Assembly: GCA_029856045.1 (NCBI GenBank)
Contig: JAHQWG010000012.1
Coordinates: forward strand, 128,001 to 192,000
From: Promethearchaeia archaeon
GTDB lineage: Archaea > Asgardarchaeota > Lokiarchaeia > Sigyniarchaeales > SOKP01
Direction: 5' to 3'
DNA length: 64,000 bases
Shown here: positions 47,456 through 57,860 of the stretch, piece by piece
Layout: each line of letters begins with the position of its first letter
How positions within the stretch are numbered: the stretch's first letter is position 1
The notes under the pieces: model-generated
What the model saw: the letters and a program-made list of their open reading frames with translations, nothing else
The model's database searches: none
Told to the model about the DNA's origin: nothing
Translations under genes and position numbers: made by a program

Positions 47456-47869
47456 TTATTTTTTCTCCTTTTTTTTATACAAACTCACATCTTTTTTTTC
47501 AAGGGAAAGTGGATCGCCACCGAAACGGATTTTTTTTCCTTTATAATAATAAATAGTTCTATCTTCGCAAATCTTTGACCATTCTTTTAGACCCAATTTC
47601 CTTATCATAACTGAGTTATAAACTTTCGAATTATGTGGTAAAAAGATTTCAAAATTGACGATAGGCATAAGCATTTCGCAAGGGAATTCTTCACATTCAT
47701 AACAAAAATCACATCCCTTATTGATAACACATTCATAAGTTTTACATGTAGGAAATTTAGATATTTTACCTTTTTCTTCTCGACATCCCTTGCAGTTATA
47801 AAATTTTATTCCAGGACAAGCTTTACAATAAATTCCGCAGGGAGCATGCCATTTTAACGATTCTTCCAG
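47456..47869 (-). CDS. DUF3795-like Cys-rich protein, probable CTG start
   Basis: Frame extends 65 codons above the ORF-track ATG: LEESLKWHAPCGIYCKACP...CKGCR...CKTYECV...FCYECEEFPC. GAGGAG precedes CTG at 47869; in-frame TAG at 47882-47884. Confidence 0.82.
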   Translation of the reverse strand: MEESLKWHAPCGIYCKACPGIKFYNCKGCREEKGKISKFPTCKTYECVINKGCDFCYECEEFPCEMLMPIVNFEIFLPHNSKVYNSVMIRKLGLKEWSKICEDRTIYYYKGKKIRFGGDPLSLEKKDVSLYKKKEKK

Positions 47870-47884
47870 AAAATATCTCCTCTA

Positions 47885-49663
47885 TTAATTATTTTTTATT
47901 AATTTTATTGATTTATTATAGATATTTATTAGTTTTTGAGAAACTATTTTCCATCTGAAATTATCCTCTACTCTCTTCAGACAATTCTGCTTAATCTTAT
48001 CATAAAAAAGGTTGTCCTGTAAAACTTGCTTTCTAAGAGCAGGATAAGAAATATCTTGTGCCATTAAATTCAATTCAGATTTTGGAATTAATCCTTTAGT
48101 ATTCTTCATTCTGCAAATTTCAGAGATTATTAACATTGAAATAAGTGCATTAGCTAATTCCTCTGGATTTTCATTCTTAACTAAAATTCCTGTTCCATTT
48201 TCTAAGTCTTTATTAAGATCAATTATGGATTCTTGAAAACCTCCAACTCTCGTAGCAATTACAGGGATTTTGGAAGACATGGCTTCAAGCGCAATAATAC
48301 CAAAGGGTTCCCATCTAGAAGGACAACAATAAAGATCTGCATAAAAGTGGGCAAGGTGATAAATTGATATTGATTTTCCAAATAAAATTCTAAGATTTTG
48401 GGGATAAATTTTCATAAATTCGGCATAAGATTTGACATCATCTAAAGTATATTCGTTGGGCATCAGAAGCATTAAAAATCTTACATTAGGAACCTTCTCA
48501 ATTACTAGAGGAATTGATTCCAGAATTGTATCTATTCCTTTTTGATATGAAATTCTACCTGAAGTTAGAATTAAAGGACCATCTTGATTAAACGCTTTAA
48601 CTTTTCGATCTTGGAGTATCGGATAGATTCCATTTAAAGAATTAACAACATCTAAAACGATTTTCGATGTAATAATTGGTTCATTTTTAGGAATATTCTC
48701 AATTTTATATGTCAATAGAAATTTTCTTATATCCCATCGGGATATTTTTGAATAATCAGTAATGCCAGTAAAATTTATAATTTCTTTAGAAAAATTTTTT
48801 TTTATCTCAGTTATGATTTCAGTGTAATCCCAGTCACATCCATCCCATACAAAATCAGATTTAGGAGAAATTAAATCACCTCCAAGATTGGGTATTACAT
48901 CTGATTCTAAGTATGATTTACTCACTGAAGTTATAACATCTGCAATTAATGCGCAAATTTTTTCTAATGAAGGATTTATATGCTCATTGTTTCTTGCTAA
49001 TTCGAAAATCTCCTCAAATGATAATTTTTTTTTCTCATTATCCAAACAAATTAGCAGAGATGTATCATCAATGCCACATGCTTTTAAAAAGCGCTTATTT
49101 TTTCTTGGCCATGTCAATAAATGAAATGTAATAACAGAAGGAATATTTAAATCATGTTTTAATAATTCCTGTTTCATAGCGATATAAGCTATGAATGGAT
49201 GATAATCATGAATATGCACAATATCAGGTAATAAATTTGGATTATTTTCAATTAAATATTCCACATAATGTCTAATTGCATAGCTAAATAATCCAATTTT
49301 TCCAGATAAGGATTCAGGACTATAAACACGTGGATCATCTAAAATCTTTTTTGAAATTTCATTATTTCCGGAAATTAATATAACATTTATTACATCAACT
49401 TCTACTTTATGTAGTGAAATTTCATATTTTGCGTGGGGAATGTGAATATCAAATTCATAGGGGATAAAATCCCCCGTAAAATTAAATCCTAAATCAGATA
49501 TATTCGAATTTGATTGAAAATTATCTTTTTTACCGTGAGAAGGCATAAAGATTGTAATATCTAACTCATCTTTAAGAGATTTTGCTTGGTTTGCTGGAAC
49601 TTCACCTAATCCTCCAACTTTAACCACACCTGCATATTCAAAAGTAAATATCCAAACCTTCAT
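47885..49663 (-). CDS. glgA: Glycogen/starch synthase (GT5)
   Basis: KVGGLG, HIHDYH, TFH, GRISYQKG, PSRWEPFGI.ALEAM. Confidence 0.88.
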   Translation of the reverse strand: MKVWIFTFEYAGVVKVGGLGEVPANQAKSLKDELDITIFMPSHGKKDNFQSNSNISDLGFNFTGDFIPYEFDIHIPHAKYEISLHKVEVDVINVILISGNNEISKKILDDPRVYSPESLSGKIGLFSYAIRHYVEYLIENNPNLLPDIVHIHDYHPFIAYIAMKQELLKHDLNIPSVITFHLLTWPRKNKRFLKACGIDDTSLLICLDNEKKKLSFEEIFELARNNEHINPSLEKICALIADVITSVSKSYLESDVIPNLGGDLISPKSDFVWDGCDWDYTEIITEIKKNFSKEIINFTGITDYSKISRWDIRKFLLTYKIENIPKNEPIITSKIVLDVVNSLNGIYPILQDRKVKAFNQDGPLILTSGRISYQKGIDTILESIPLVIEKVPNVRFLMLLMPNEYTLDDVKSYAEFMKIYPQNLRILFGKSISIYHLAHFYADLYCCPSRWEPFGIIALEAMSSKIPVIATRVGGFQESIIDLNKDLENGTGILVKNENPEELANALISMLIISEICRMKNTKGLIPKSELNLMAQDISYPALRKQVLQDNLFYDKIKQNCLKRVEDNFRWKIVSQKLINIYNKSIKLIKNN

Positions 49664-49934
49664 TTCATGAATTTGATATTTTTAATCAAATGCAATAATA
49701 AATTAAATATGATTTTATTATTCTTAAACCTAATTTTAAATAATTATTAATTCGCATTAAGCATTGAATTTCTATAAGAAAATTCAATTTAATTTAAGGA
49801 ATTTTAGATTTCATCCCAAATTGATTAATAAAGTTATAGAAGAAACGAAAGAAAGAATTAATGAAATTGGGAAAAAAAAATATTTTAACTTTTTAAATAT
49901 GTATTAAATTAAAACAAAAGAATGGTAATTTGTC

Positions 49935-51155
49935 ATGGAAAATATTGAAAAAGAGATTATGGAAAAAATTAATAAGATGAAAGATGAGATTATTAAATTT
50001 CACCAGCAACTTGTTCAAATGCCTTCTGAAGTTCCTCCTGGAAAATATCGAAAAATTTCTAAATATATAGCGGAAAAAATTAATGAATTAGGAATGACGG
50101 CTGAAATTAAAAGAAATAATGTTTTAGCTGAACTGGGCAATAGCAATGGTCCATCTTTAATATTCAATGCTCATTTTGATACAGTCCCGGTTTTTGATGG
50201 TTGGACGAAAGATCCTTTAGGTGGAGAACTAATCGAAAATAAGATTTATGGTCGAGGGGCAGCAGATGATAAAGCATGTGTAACCGCGGAAATTTTTGCA
50301 GCTAAGGCATTAATTGATGCTGGAGTTGATTTAAATGGTAAATTAATTATTACAGCTGTTGTTAATGAAGAAATTGGTGGGATTGGTGGCACTGAATATC
50401 TTGTTAATGAAGAAATTGTTAGAGGAGATGTTTGTTTATTGGGAGATGCTCCTAGTGATTATCCAATTGCATATACTGAAGGTGGGTTTCAGATAAGCTT
50501 CAATATAACTGGAATACGTAGACATTCAATGGCATATCCAGATCTACCTTCTCCTAATCGCAATAAATATTCGGGAATAAACGCTATTCATAAAATGTTA
50601 AAAATTATGAATTTTTTAATGGAATTACAAGAGGATTTTAATAAAGAAGAAACTAAATATCCTTGCCATCCTGATCTCCCATCTAAGATTAGCAGTGTTA
50701 CTTTTTCTATGATTGAAGGAGGTACATCACTTACTGCAGTACCTGATAAATGTCTCCTACAATGTTGGATTAGCTTAATTCCAGAACACGATGCCGAAAA
50801 TATAAAAACAAAGATTTTAAATTATATAGAAGAATTGAAAAAAGATGATACCGATTTAGATATATTTGTTCAAATCCCAGTGACTATTGGACCACAAATA
50901 GCAGAGATTAACTCGGATTTTGCAAAAATTGTTAAGAAATCCTTTAAAATAGTTTATGGTGAAGATAGAGAATTTAAGTTATTCATGGCCACCGATGATG
51001 CTCATTTATTTCAAGAAAAAGGAATCCAGACAATTTCAATTGGTCCATTTCGCGGAGAAAGCCAAATTCACGCTCAAGATGAGTTGGTATATATTGAAGA
51101 TCTAATAAATACTACAAAATTATATGCATTAACTGCTTTGAATTATCTTAAATAA
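49935..51155 (+). CDS. M20 metallopeptidase (ArgE/DapE-like)
   Basis: NAHFDTVP, GRGAADDK, NEEIGG, H..DE. Confidence 0.92.
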   Translation: MENIEKEIMEKINKMKDEIIKFHQQLVQMPSEVPPGKYRKISKYIAEKINELGMTAEIKRNNVLAELGNSNGPSLIFNAHFDTVPVFDGWTKDPLGGELIENKIYGRGAADDKACVTAEIFAAKALIDAGVDLNGKLIITAVVNEEIGGIGGTEYLVNEEIVRGDVCLLGDAPSDYPIAYTEGGFQISFNITGIRRHSMAYPDLPSPNRNKYSGINAIHKMLKIMNFLMELQEDFNKEETKYPCHPDLPSKISSVTFSMIEGGTSLTAVPDKCLLQCWISLIPEHDAENIKTKILNYIEELKKDDTDLDIFVQIPVTIGPQIAEINSDFAKIVKKSFKIVYGEDREFKLFMATDDAHLFQEKGIQTISIGPFRGESQIHAQDELVYIEDLINTTKLYALTALNYLK

Positions 51156-51265
51156 AAAAGAATTTGAAATGTTATTTTATTTCTTTCAAATTATATTTTT
51201 TAATTTTTATTTTTTAAATAATAAAACTTTTTTTACTTTCTATTTCTATTTCTATTTGAATTATT

Positions 51266-52468
51266 ATGTGTGATACATTTCTTGCATTAGCAAATAGTAC
51301 TAAAAATGGGGAAGTTATTTTTGGAAAAAATAGTGATAGACCTCAATCAGAAGCTCAATTAGTTACCTATTCTCCCAGAACCAAGCATACAATTGGAGAA
51401 GAATTAAAATGCACATATATTTCGATACCCCAAGTTAAAGATACTTCTGCAGTATTATTAAGCCAACCTTGGTGGATGTATGGTGCTGAAATGGGGGTAA
51501 ATGAATATGGTGTAACTATCGGTAATGAAGCTGTTTTTACTAAGGAACCTTTAAGGGATACAGGTCTATTAGGAATGGATCTCTTACGTTTAGGACTCGA
51601 AAGAGGTAAAACAGCAAAAGAATCACTCACGGTGATCACAAATTTATTGGAAAAATATGGTCAGGGTGGGAGCTGTGCTGTCGGAACTCAAGGATGGACC
51701 TACCATAATTCATATATAATTGCAGATCCTAAAGAAGGATATGTACTTGACACAGCAGATAAGTGGTGGATTGTTGAAAAAATCCAAGATGTTAGGTCTA
51801 TATCAAATAATTTATCTATTCGTGGAAAAGGAGATCTTAGAAAAAAAGGAATAATACAGCATGCGATAGAGAGTAGATATTGTAAGGATGATAATGATTT
51901 TGACTTCGCACAAATATTTTCAAATCCGCCAATTCCAGATACATTTCCACCTTCTTGTAGAGATGGAAGATCTATGCAATTACTAAATGAAAATAAAGGG
52001 AATATTAACCAATTTTTGATGATGGATTTTTTAAGAGAGCATGAAGTGGGGATCTGTATGCATGGATCATTTGAATCAACTGCAAGTCAAGTAAGTATGC
52101 TAAGATCAGGTTTAAAAAAATCAATTCATTGGTTTACAGCAAGTACTATGCCTTGTTTAAGTATTTATAAGCCCTACATATTTCCTGTAGAAGGTCTAAA
52201 AGTTATGAAACCAGGCCCGTATGCTAAAATTAATACTGGTTGGTTCTGGAGTAAACATATTGCACAAATAAAACCATATAGAAAAAGATCCAAAAAAGAA
52301 GAAAAAGAGAAATACATCAAAATATTGAGAACATTAGAAAATCAAGTAATAAGTCAAGTTAATGAGATTTTAACTGAAGAGGAGAAAATCTCCGATGAAG
52401 AATTTCGAGATAAAATTAAAATAATCAATTCTGAAGCTTGGAAAAAATCTGAAGAAATGATTAATTAA
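51266..52468 (+). CDS. C69 family dipeptidase / secernin-like Ntn hydrolase
   Basis: MCDT, FGKNSDRP, GAEMGVNEYGV.IGNEA, GMDLLRLGLER. Confidence 0.92.
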   Translation: MCDTFLALANSTKNGEVIFGKNSDRPQSEAQLVTYSPRTKHTIGEELKCTYISIPQVKDTSAVLLSQPWWMYGAEMGVNEYGVTIGNEAVFTKEPLRDTGLLGMDLLRLGLERGKTAKESLTVITNLLEKYGQGGSCAVGTQGWTYHNSYIIADPKEGYVLDTADKWWIVEKIQDVRSISNNLSIRGKGDLRKKGIIQHAIESRYCKDDNDFDFAQIFSNPPIPDTFPPSCRDGRSMQLLNENKGNINQFLMMDFLREHEVGICMHGSFESTASQVSMLRSGLKKSIHWFTASTMPCLSIYKPYIFPVEGLKVMKPGPYAKINTGWFWSKHIAQIKPYRKRSKKEEKEKYIKILRTLENQVISQVNEILTEEEKISDEEFRDKIKIINSEAWKKSEEMIN

Positions 52469-52555
52469 AAAATAAAAGAAATTTAATAGAATCATTTTTT
52501 TAATAAAATAAAAGAAATTGATAGAAAAACTAAAAATAATAGCTGATAAATAAAA

Positions 52556-52993
52556 TTGAGTAAAAAATCTGCTGAAGATCTCCCTAAAAACGCAATAGAA
52601 GCTCAAGGCCAACTAATTAAAGCATTTTATGAAAAATATGGAAATGAAATTCTTCCAATTATTGAAACGGTGCTAGGAAGGCAGGGTCGTGCTCTTGGGT
52701 TAAGAACTAAAAAAAAAATATCTGATAATAAATTATCTACAGTAGCCAAGGTGTTTTCTAAAAGTAATGACCCCGAATCAGTTAAAGTAATTTCAATTTC
52801 TGATGAAAAATTTCATATTCAAGGAATGCAATGCCCATTTGGTTTAGAAAATACCTCAAGAGAACTTTGTGAAGCTGTAATGGCAATTGATTATGAGTAT
52901 TTCAACATAGCGACTGATAGAAAGATAAATTTACACATTAATAAAACAGTAGCAGCAGGAGATCCTTTTTGTGATACGATTTATACGGTTTAA
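52556..52993 (+). CDS. ATC-hydrolase/V4R-like small protein
   Basis: CPF, LCE...D, TVAAGDPFCD. Confidence 0.65.
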   Translation: MSKKSAEDLPKNAIEAQGQLIKAFYEKYGNEILPIIETVLGRQGRALGLRTKKKISDNKLSTVAKVFSKSNDPESVKVISISDEKFHIQGMQCPFGLENTSRELCEAVMAIDYEYFNIATDRKINLHINKTVAAGDPFCDTIYTV

Positions 52994-53140
52994 AATTATG
53001 ATTTCAAGAAAGGTTGAAGAATATATTAAAAAATTAGTTAAATCTTTGAGTCTTTTTTTTTAAATTTCAATTTTATTTCTTTTAATTTAAACATTTTAAG
53101 AAAAATATAATCTAAATAAGAACCCTCATAACCTAAGATA

Positions 53141-54232
53141 ATGGGTCGTATTATTTTACACATCGATATGGATTGTTTTTTTGCCGCAGTCGAAGCGAGA
53201 GATAATCCAGAATATAAAGGAAAACCCCTTATTGTAGGAGCGGATCCTAAAGAGGGAAAAGGTAGAGGAGTTGTGGCTACGTGTTCTTATGAGGCGAGAA
53301 AATTTGGGATTCATTCAGCAATGCCGATATCTCAGGCATATAAATTATGTCCTCATGCAATTTTTGTTCGACCTAATTATTTTAAATATGCAGAAGTTTC
53401 TAAAAATGTGATGAACATTTTGAAAACATATTCACCAGCTTTTCAACAAATGGGTTCTGATGAAGCCTATTTAGAGTTAACAGAAATATGTTCTAATTTT
53501 AAAGAAGCTAGGAAAATAACGGAAAATATAAAAGATGTAATCTATGACTCTGAAGGTATAACATGTTCTATTGGTTGTGCCCCTACAAAAACTTTAGCTA
53601 AAATAAGTTCAGATCACAACAAACCAAATGGAATTACCATAGTTGAATCAGAAAATATTAAATCATTCTTAGAAAATATGGATATTATTAGGATTCCAGG
53701 GATTGGAAAAAAAACTAAAAAATACTATAACGAGAAAGGAATAAAAGTAATTGGAGATTTCATTAAAATCCCTTTACCTAGGATGATTGAGTTATTTGGT
53801 AAAAGTGGAAAATGGATTTGGGAGATCGTAAATGGATTAGATGATAGGCCTGTACAAGAATTTAGAGAGGACAGAAAATCAATCAGTAGAGAAAGAACGT
53901 TTCTTGAAGATACAGATGATTTTAAATTAATACTAACAACTTTTGAAGAGATCAATAAGAAAATTCATAAACCAATTATTAAACACAATATTTTCTATAA
54001 AACAATAACTTTAAAGATTAGATTTCAGGGTTTTATTACTTTTACTCGATCTAAATCACTTTTAATTCCTATCCAAAATGAGAAAAAAACATTAGAAATT
54101 ATTTTAGAGTTATATAAAGAATTTTCAAAAGGAAAAAGAAAAATTCGTCTTATTGGAATTAAATTATCCAATTTAGATACTAAGATAAAATTCAAACAAA
54201 GAAATTTATTAAATTTTTTAACTGTTCCATAG
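53141..54232 (+). CDS. dinB: Y-family DNA polymerase IV (DinB/Dpo4)
   Basis: HIDMDCFFAAVE, SYEARKFGI.SAM, SDEAYL, KPNG, IPGIG; C-terminal PIP-like QRNLLNF. Confidence 0.96.
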   Translation: MGRIILHIDMDCFFAAVEARDNPEYKGKPLIVGADPKEGKGRGVVATCSYEARKFGIHSAMPISQAYKLCPHAIFVRPNYFKYAEVSKNVMNILKTYSPAFQQMGSDEAYLELTEICSNFKEARKITENIKDVIYDSEGITCSIGCAPTKTLAKISSDHNKPNGITIVESENIKSFLENMDIIRIPGIGKKTKKYYNEKGIKVIGDFIKIPLPRMIELFGKSGKWIWEIVNGLDDRPVQEFREDRKSISRERTFLEDTDDFKLILTTFEEINKKIHKPIIKHNIFYKTITLKIRFQGFITFTRSKSLLIPIQNEKKTLEIILELYKEFSKGKRKIRLIGIKLSNLDTKIKFKQRNLLNFLTVP

Positions 54233-54239
54233 ATTTTTA

Positions 54240-55316
54240 TTATTTTCTTAGATATTTGGGAAAGGATGTAGTAATCTGAATATCAGCTATTAAAACAACA
54301 AAAATTTCCTTTTTATATTTAAATTCATCAATAATTTCATGTTTTTTCAAAATTTTGAGAATTTCAAGCAATGAAGTAAAAGCATCTTCTGAAATTAGAT
54401 TTGGTAGAGTGTTTTTTAAGATAGGACCTGCTCGAAGTTTTGAAAGTACATTGTATATTTTAGGATCTGCAATAAATTGAAATAATTGAAATGAATCTTC
54501 CTTAGTTGGAATATATTTATCAAAAACTTTTTTAACTTTTTGGATAACAAGATCACTAATTTTTGGACTTTCGTCAAAATGCTCTATTAGACTTTTTGGT
54601 GGCATTCTTATAGCTTTAACTTCTTTTAAAAGAAGTAGATGTTGTTCATAGATAATTTCGGTTATTAAAATAAATTGATTATCAATAAATTTTTTTATTA
54701 CGCCATCAAACAATGATTGTTTAAAATTTTCATTAAACCATTTTTGTAAATCATCACATCTAATAGCACCTTTAGAAAGCTTTTCATGAGTATCAAAGAT
54801 TTCCTTCTCTTTAAATATAGATGCTATTTTTTCTTCTTCACTCTTATCACGAAATTCCTCTAATGATTTCCAATGTATTTCTTTTAACCAACTCTTAACT
54901 AATTCTTCATTTTCTTCTATATTTTTTTGAACTTTCTCATCATATTTTTGTTTTTCATATATATGGAATGCTTTATATGCCTCTTTATTAGATTGTAACT
55001 TTTCTGTAAATTCAATAAACCATAATAGAACATTTTTTTCTCTCTCTTTATTAACACTTTGATTTACAATTACCGATAACATTAACATTTGTCTGCCACC
55101 ACGCGCCCAATCAGAATAAATATCAAAATAATAATTCATAGAATTAAGATCTTCAAAATTATAAATAAAAAAGCCTTCTTCAAGTGGGTGATCCATAAGG
55201 TTTGCAATTCTACGCATTAATTGGGCATCTAAAGCATTTTCTGGAAATGAACAATATATTTGTGGACCGATTTTTGTATGAAAGAATGATAAAGTGACAA
55301 ATAATTTCAAATACAA
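54240..55316 (-). CDS. NPR2/uDENN-like longin protein with C-terminal winged-helix-like repeats
   Basis: 'LSFFHTKIGPQIYCSFPE' resembles the NPRL2 N-terminus (F..FH...GP.I...P); 'SDWARGGRQMLMLSV' is shared with 447..1316. Confidence 0.6.
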   Translation of the reverse strand: MYLKLFVTLSFFHTKIGPQIYCSFPENALDAQLMRRIANLMDHPLEEGFFIYNFEDLNSMNYYFDIYSDWARGGRQMLMLSVIVNQSVNKEREKNVLLWFIEFTEKLQSNKEAYKAFHIYEKQKYDEKVQKNIEENEELVKSWLKEIHWKSLEEFRDKSEEEKIASIFKEKEIFDTHEKLSKGAIRCDDLQKWFNENFKQSLFDGVIKKFIDNQFILITEIIYEQHLLLLKEVKAIRMPPKSLIEHFDESPKISDLVIQKVKKVFDKYIPTKEDSFQLFQFIADPKIYNVLSKLRAGPILKNTLPNLISEDAFTSLLEILKILKKHEIIDEFKYKKEIFVVLIADIQITTSFPKYLRK

Positions 55317-55520
55317 TTCTACCTAAATTATTAAAATATAGTATAGATTTCCAGTATTAATATTAATATTGAAAAAATGGTTAACTTTTAAAAATTTATG
55401 GAAACCACTCTATTTGATTAAAAGATCTTGCCTTAATTTTTTATTAATTTGTTTCAAAATAACTTTTGTTATTAAAAATTTATAAAACTTAAAATTAAAC
55501 ATATTTTTGAGTTATGTGAG

Positions 55521-56657
55521 TTGTTAATTATGTCAAAAGTATTAACACTTCGGCAAAGAGTTTTAAACACATTTTCTCGAAAAACAATTGATAGAATCGT
55601 ATTTAGTCCCAGACTTTATTACTGGTACTATGGAAACCGTCTATGGAGACGACCAAGAACTGATAAAAAATGCGCAGGTAAGATACCTAAATATATTTTA
55701 AGAAAAAGTCTACTTGGAATTTTTGATTATCTTGAAGCAAGTCCACGATATGTTATAGAAAATTTTTATCTACCTTTAATTTGGCCAAGAAAAAAAGTAA
55801 GATATGTTCGGGTTAAATGGGGTAAGGACCGAGATGGGTCATTAATTACTGTTTATAAAACAAAAATAGGGAATCTTTATAAAAAAAGTCGAGGAGGGCA
55901 TCTTGTAGAATATCCAGTTAAAACTGTTAATGATATGAAAATTTTAAAATATATTATAAGACATACAAAATTTCATTTTTATTTGCCAATTTTTAAGTTA
56001 GCAAAAAAAATAATTGGAGATAGAGGTGTTGTAGGTACCTTTTTTGCTCGTTCTCCTTATATGAGTTTAATAACACAATATATGGGTTTTGAAAGGACAA
56101 TTATAAATTTAAGGCGATATCCGAATGAAATGGAAGATTTAATGAAATTTATGGACGGTTGTGATGATGATATGTTTGAAATTCTATGCAATTCCCCAAT
56201 TAAAATTTTTAATTTCGGAGAGAATATTGATTGTAATTTAAGTCCTCCAAGATATTTTGAAAAGTTTCTAATTCCATATTATGAAAAACGAGTGAAACAA
56301 TTTCATAGAGTTGGAAAATATTGCCACATTCATATGGACGGTTCCTTAAAGGATTTACTTCCATACTTAGAAGGATTACCATTTGACGGTTTAGAAGCCC
56401 TTACAGCTAAACCCCAGGGTGATGTCACTTTAGAAGAAATTCAAGATTCAATAGGCAAAAAGATTTTTCTTGATGGAATTCCTGCTTTAATATTCTTGCC
56501 TCAATACTCATTTAAATATGTGAAAAAATATACTCAAAAAGTGTTAGAGATGTTCTCTCCAAACCTTATTTTAGGAGTATCTGATGAACTGCCTCCAAAT
56601 GCTGATTTTAGGAAAGTGGAAATGGTCGCCGATATAGTAAAACATTATGAACTATGA
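55521..56657 (+). CDS. Uroporphyrinogen decarboxylase/MtaA-CmuA methyltransferase superfamily protein
   Basis: EYPVKT..D, SP......MG.E, SPP.YFEK...PYY, HIHMDG, LGVSD. Confidence 0.8.
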   Translation: MLIMSKVLTLRQRVLNTFSRKTIDRIVFSPRLYYWYYGNRLWRRPRTDKKCAGKIPKYILRKSLLGIFDYLEASPRYVIENFYLPLIWPRKKVRYVRVKWGKDRDGSLITVYKTKIGNLYKKSRGGHLVEYPVKTVNDMKILKYIIRHTKFHFYLPIFKLAKKIIGDRGVVGTFFARSPYMSLITQYMGFERTIINLRRYPNEMEDLMKFMDGCDDDMFEILCNSPIKIFNFGENIDCNLSPPRYFEKFLIPYYEKRVKQFHRVGKYCHIHMDGSLKDLLPYLEGLPFDGLEALTAKPQGDVTLEEIQDSIGKKIFLDGIPALIFLPQYSFKYVKKYTQKVLEMFSPNLILGVSDELPPNADFRKVEMVADIVKHYEL

Positions 56658-56688
56658 AAAAATATTAAAAGTATTTTTCTATAATATT

Positions 56689-57708
56689 TTACTTAGTTTT
56701 TATATAACCATTTTGATAAAACCAGTCAATTTGTTCCCTAATAGCAATATATAAATTTGTTCTAGGCATCATCAACTCGGTCCATGCTTTAGAACAATCG
56801 AATTCTCGATAGTGCTCAGAAGCGGCAACACTCTCTAAAGGTGTTTTTGGGTCGGTATGTCTTATTTTACACGAGATGAATTCATCGAAGAATGCAAACA
56901 TTTTCGCTAAAATTTTTGGAAACATAAAAAATGGAGCTTTTTTTCCTGCAACATCAGCAATTAAACGTAAGAAATCTCCGAAGGACATGTTTTTATTTCC
57001 TGCAATATAACGTTCTCCTCCTTTTCCATTCTTAATCGCAAGAACATGTGCCATTGCAACATCTTTAACAGAAACAATATTTAATCTTGTATCAACAAAA
57101 CCCGGCATTTTCCCGTTCATGAAGTCCCTTATAATCCTGCCAGTAGGTGTAGGTTTTATATCATAAGGGCCGATAGGAACGGTTGGAAGAATAGAACAAG
57201 TTATTAATCCCTTTTTATTCCATTTTTGTGCTATTAATTCACCCAAATACTTTGATCTCTTATAATGACCAGGTAATTCTTTTGGAGTTGCAAAAAGTTT
57301 TTCATCTCCTAAAGAACCATCAGATGGCATACCTATAGCACTTTCTGAACTGGTAAAAATTACTTTTTTAATTCCTTTTTCCTTTGCTTCTTTCATTAAT
57401 TTATTTGTAGCCCATACATTCACATCATATATTGCCTGTATTTTTTTAGAATCTGCCCAAAACCACATAGGTAAAAATATGTAAATTGCTCCTGCATGAA
57501 TTATATAATCACAATCATCCATTGCTTGACTTATGGATTTGATATCCCTCAAATCACCATAAGCAAAATCAATATCTAAATCCCTAAGGTTTATTAAATT
57601 TGAGGTTTTTCTCACGAATACTTTAACTTCATAACCTTTCTTAATAGCTGCTCTTACAATATTCGCCCCAATAAATCCGTTTGCACCTGTTATTAAAACT
57701 TTTGACAT
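56689..57708 (-). CDS. NAD-dependent epimerase/dehydratase (HpnA-like extended SDR)
   Basis: TGANGFIG, TSS, YKRSK, PIGPYDIKPTPTG. Confidence 0.9.
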   Translation of the reverse strand: MSKVLITGANGFIGANIVRAAIKKGYEVKVFVRKTSNLINLRDLDIDFAYGDLRDIKSISQAMDDCDYIIHAGAIYIFLPMWFWADSKKIQAIYDVNVWATNKLMKEAKEKGIKKVIFTSSESAIGMPSDGSLGDEKLFATPKELPGHYKRSKYLGELIAQKWNKKGLITCSILPTVPIGPYDIKPTPTGRIIRDFMNGKMPGFVDTRLNIVSVKDVAMAHVLAIKNGKGGERYIAGNKNMSFGDFLRLIADVAGKKAPFFMFPKILAKMFAFFDEFISCKIRHTDPKTPLESVAASEHYREFDCSKAWTELMMPRTNLYIAIREQIDWFYQNGYIKTK

Positions 57709-57860
57709 TTTCCAAGCCTGTTCGAAATCAAATTTTTATTTAACTATTATAATAATTTTAATCAATAAAAAAAATTAAGACTTTTAGATTACTTATAAAT
57801 TATCATTCTTAAGCCTAATTTAAATTAATTTTCGATCAATATTTAATAGAGGTTTTTATT

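Noticed and set aside
51236-51258. (TTTCTA)n short tandem repeat
   Set aside because: Only 3-4 units in very AT-rich intergenic DNA; no spacers, not CRISPR.
56689-57708. HpnA-like gene (with SCP2 elsewhere) as evidence of hopanoid or sterol synthesis
   Set aside because: No squalene synthase or cyclase in the window, and both families are widespread without these pathways.
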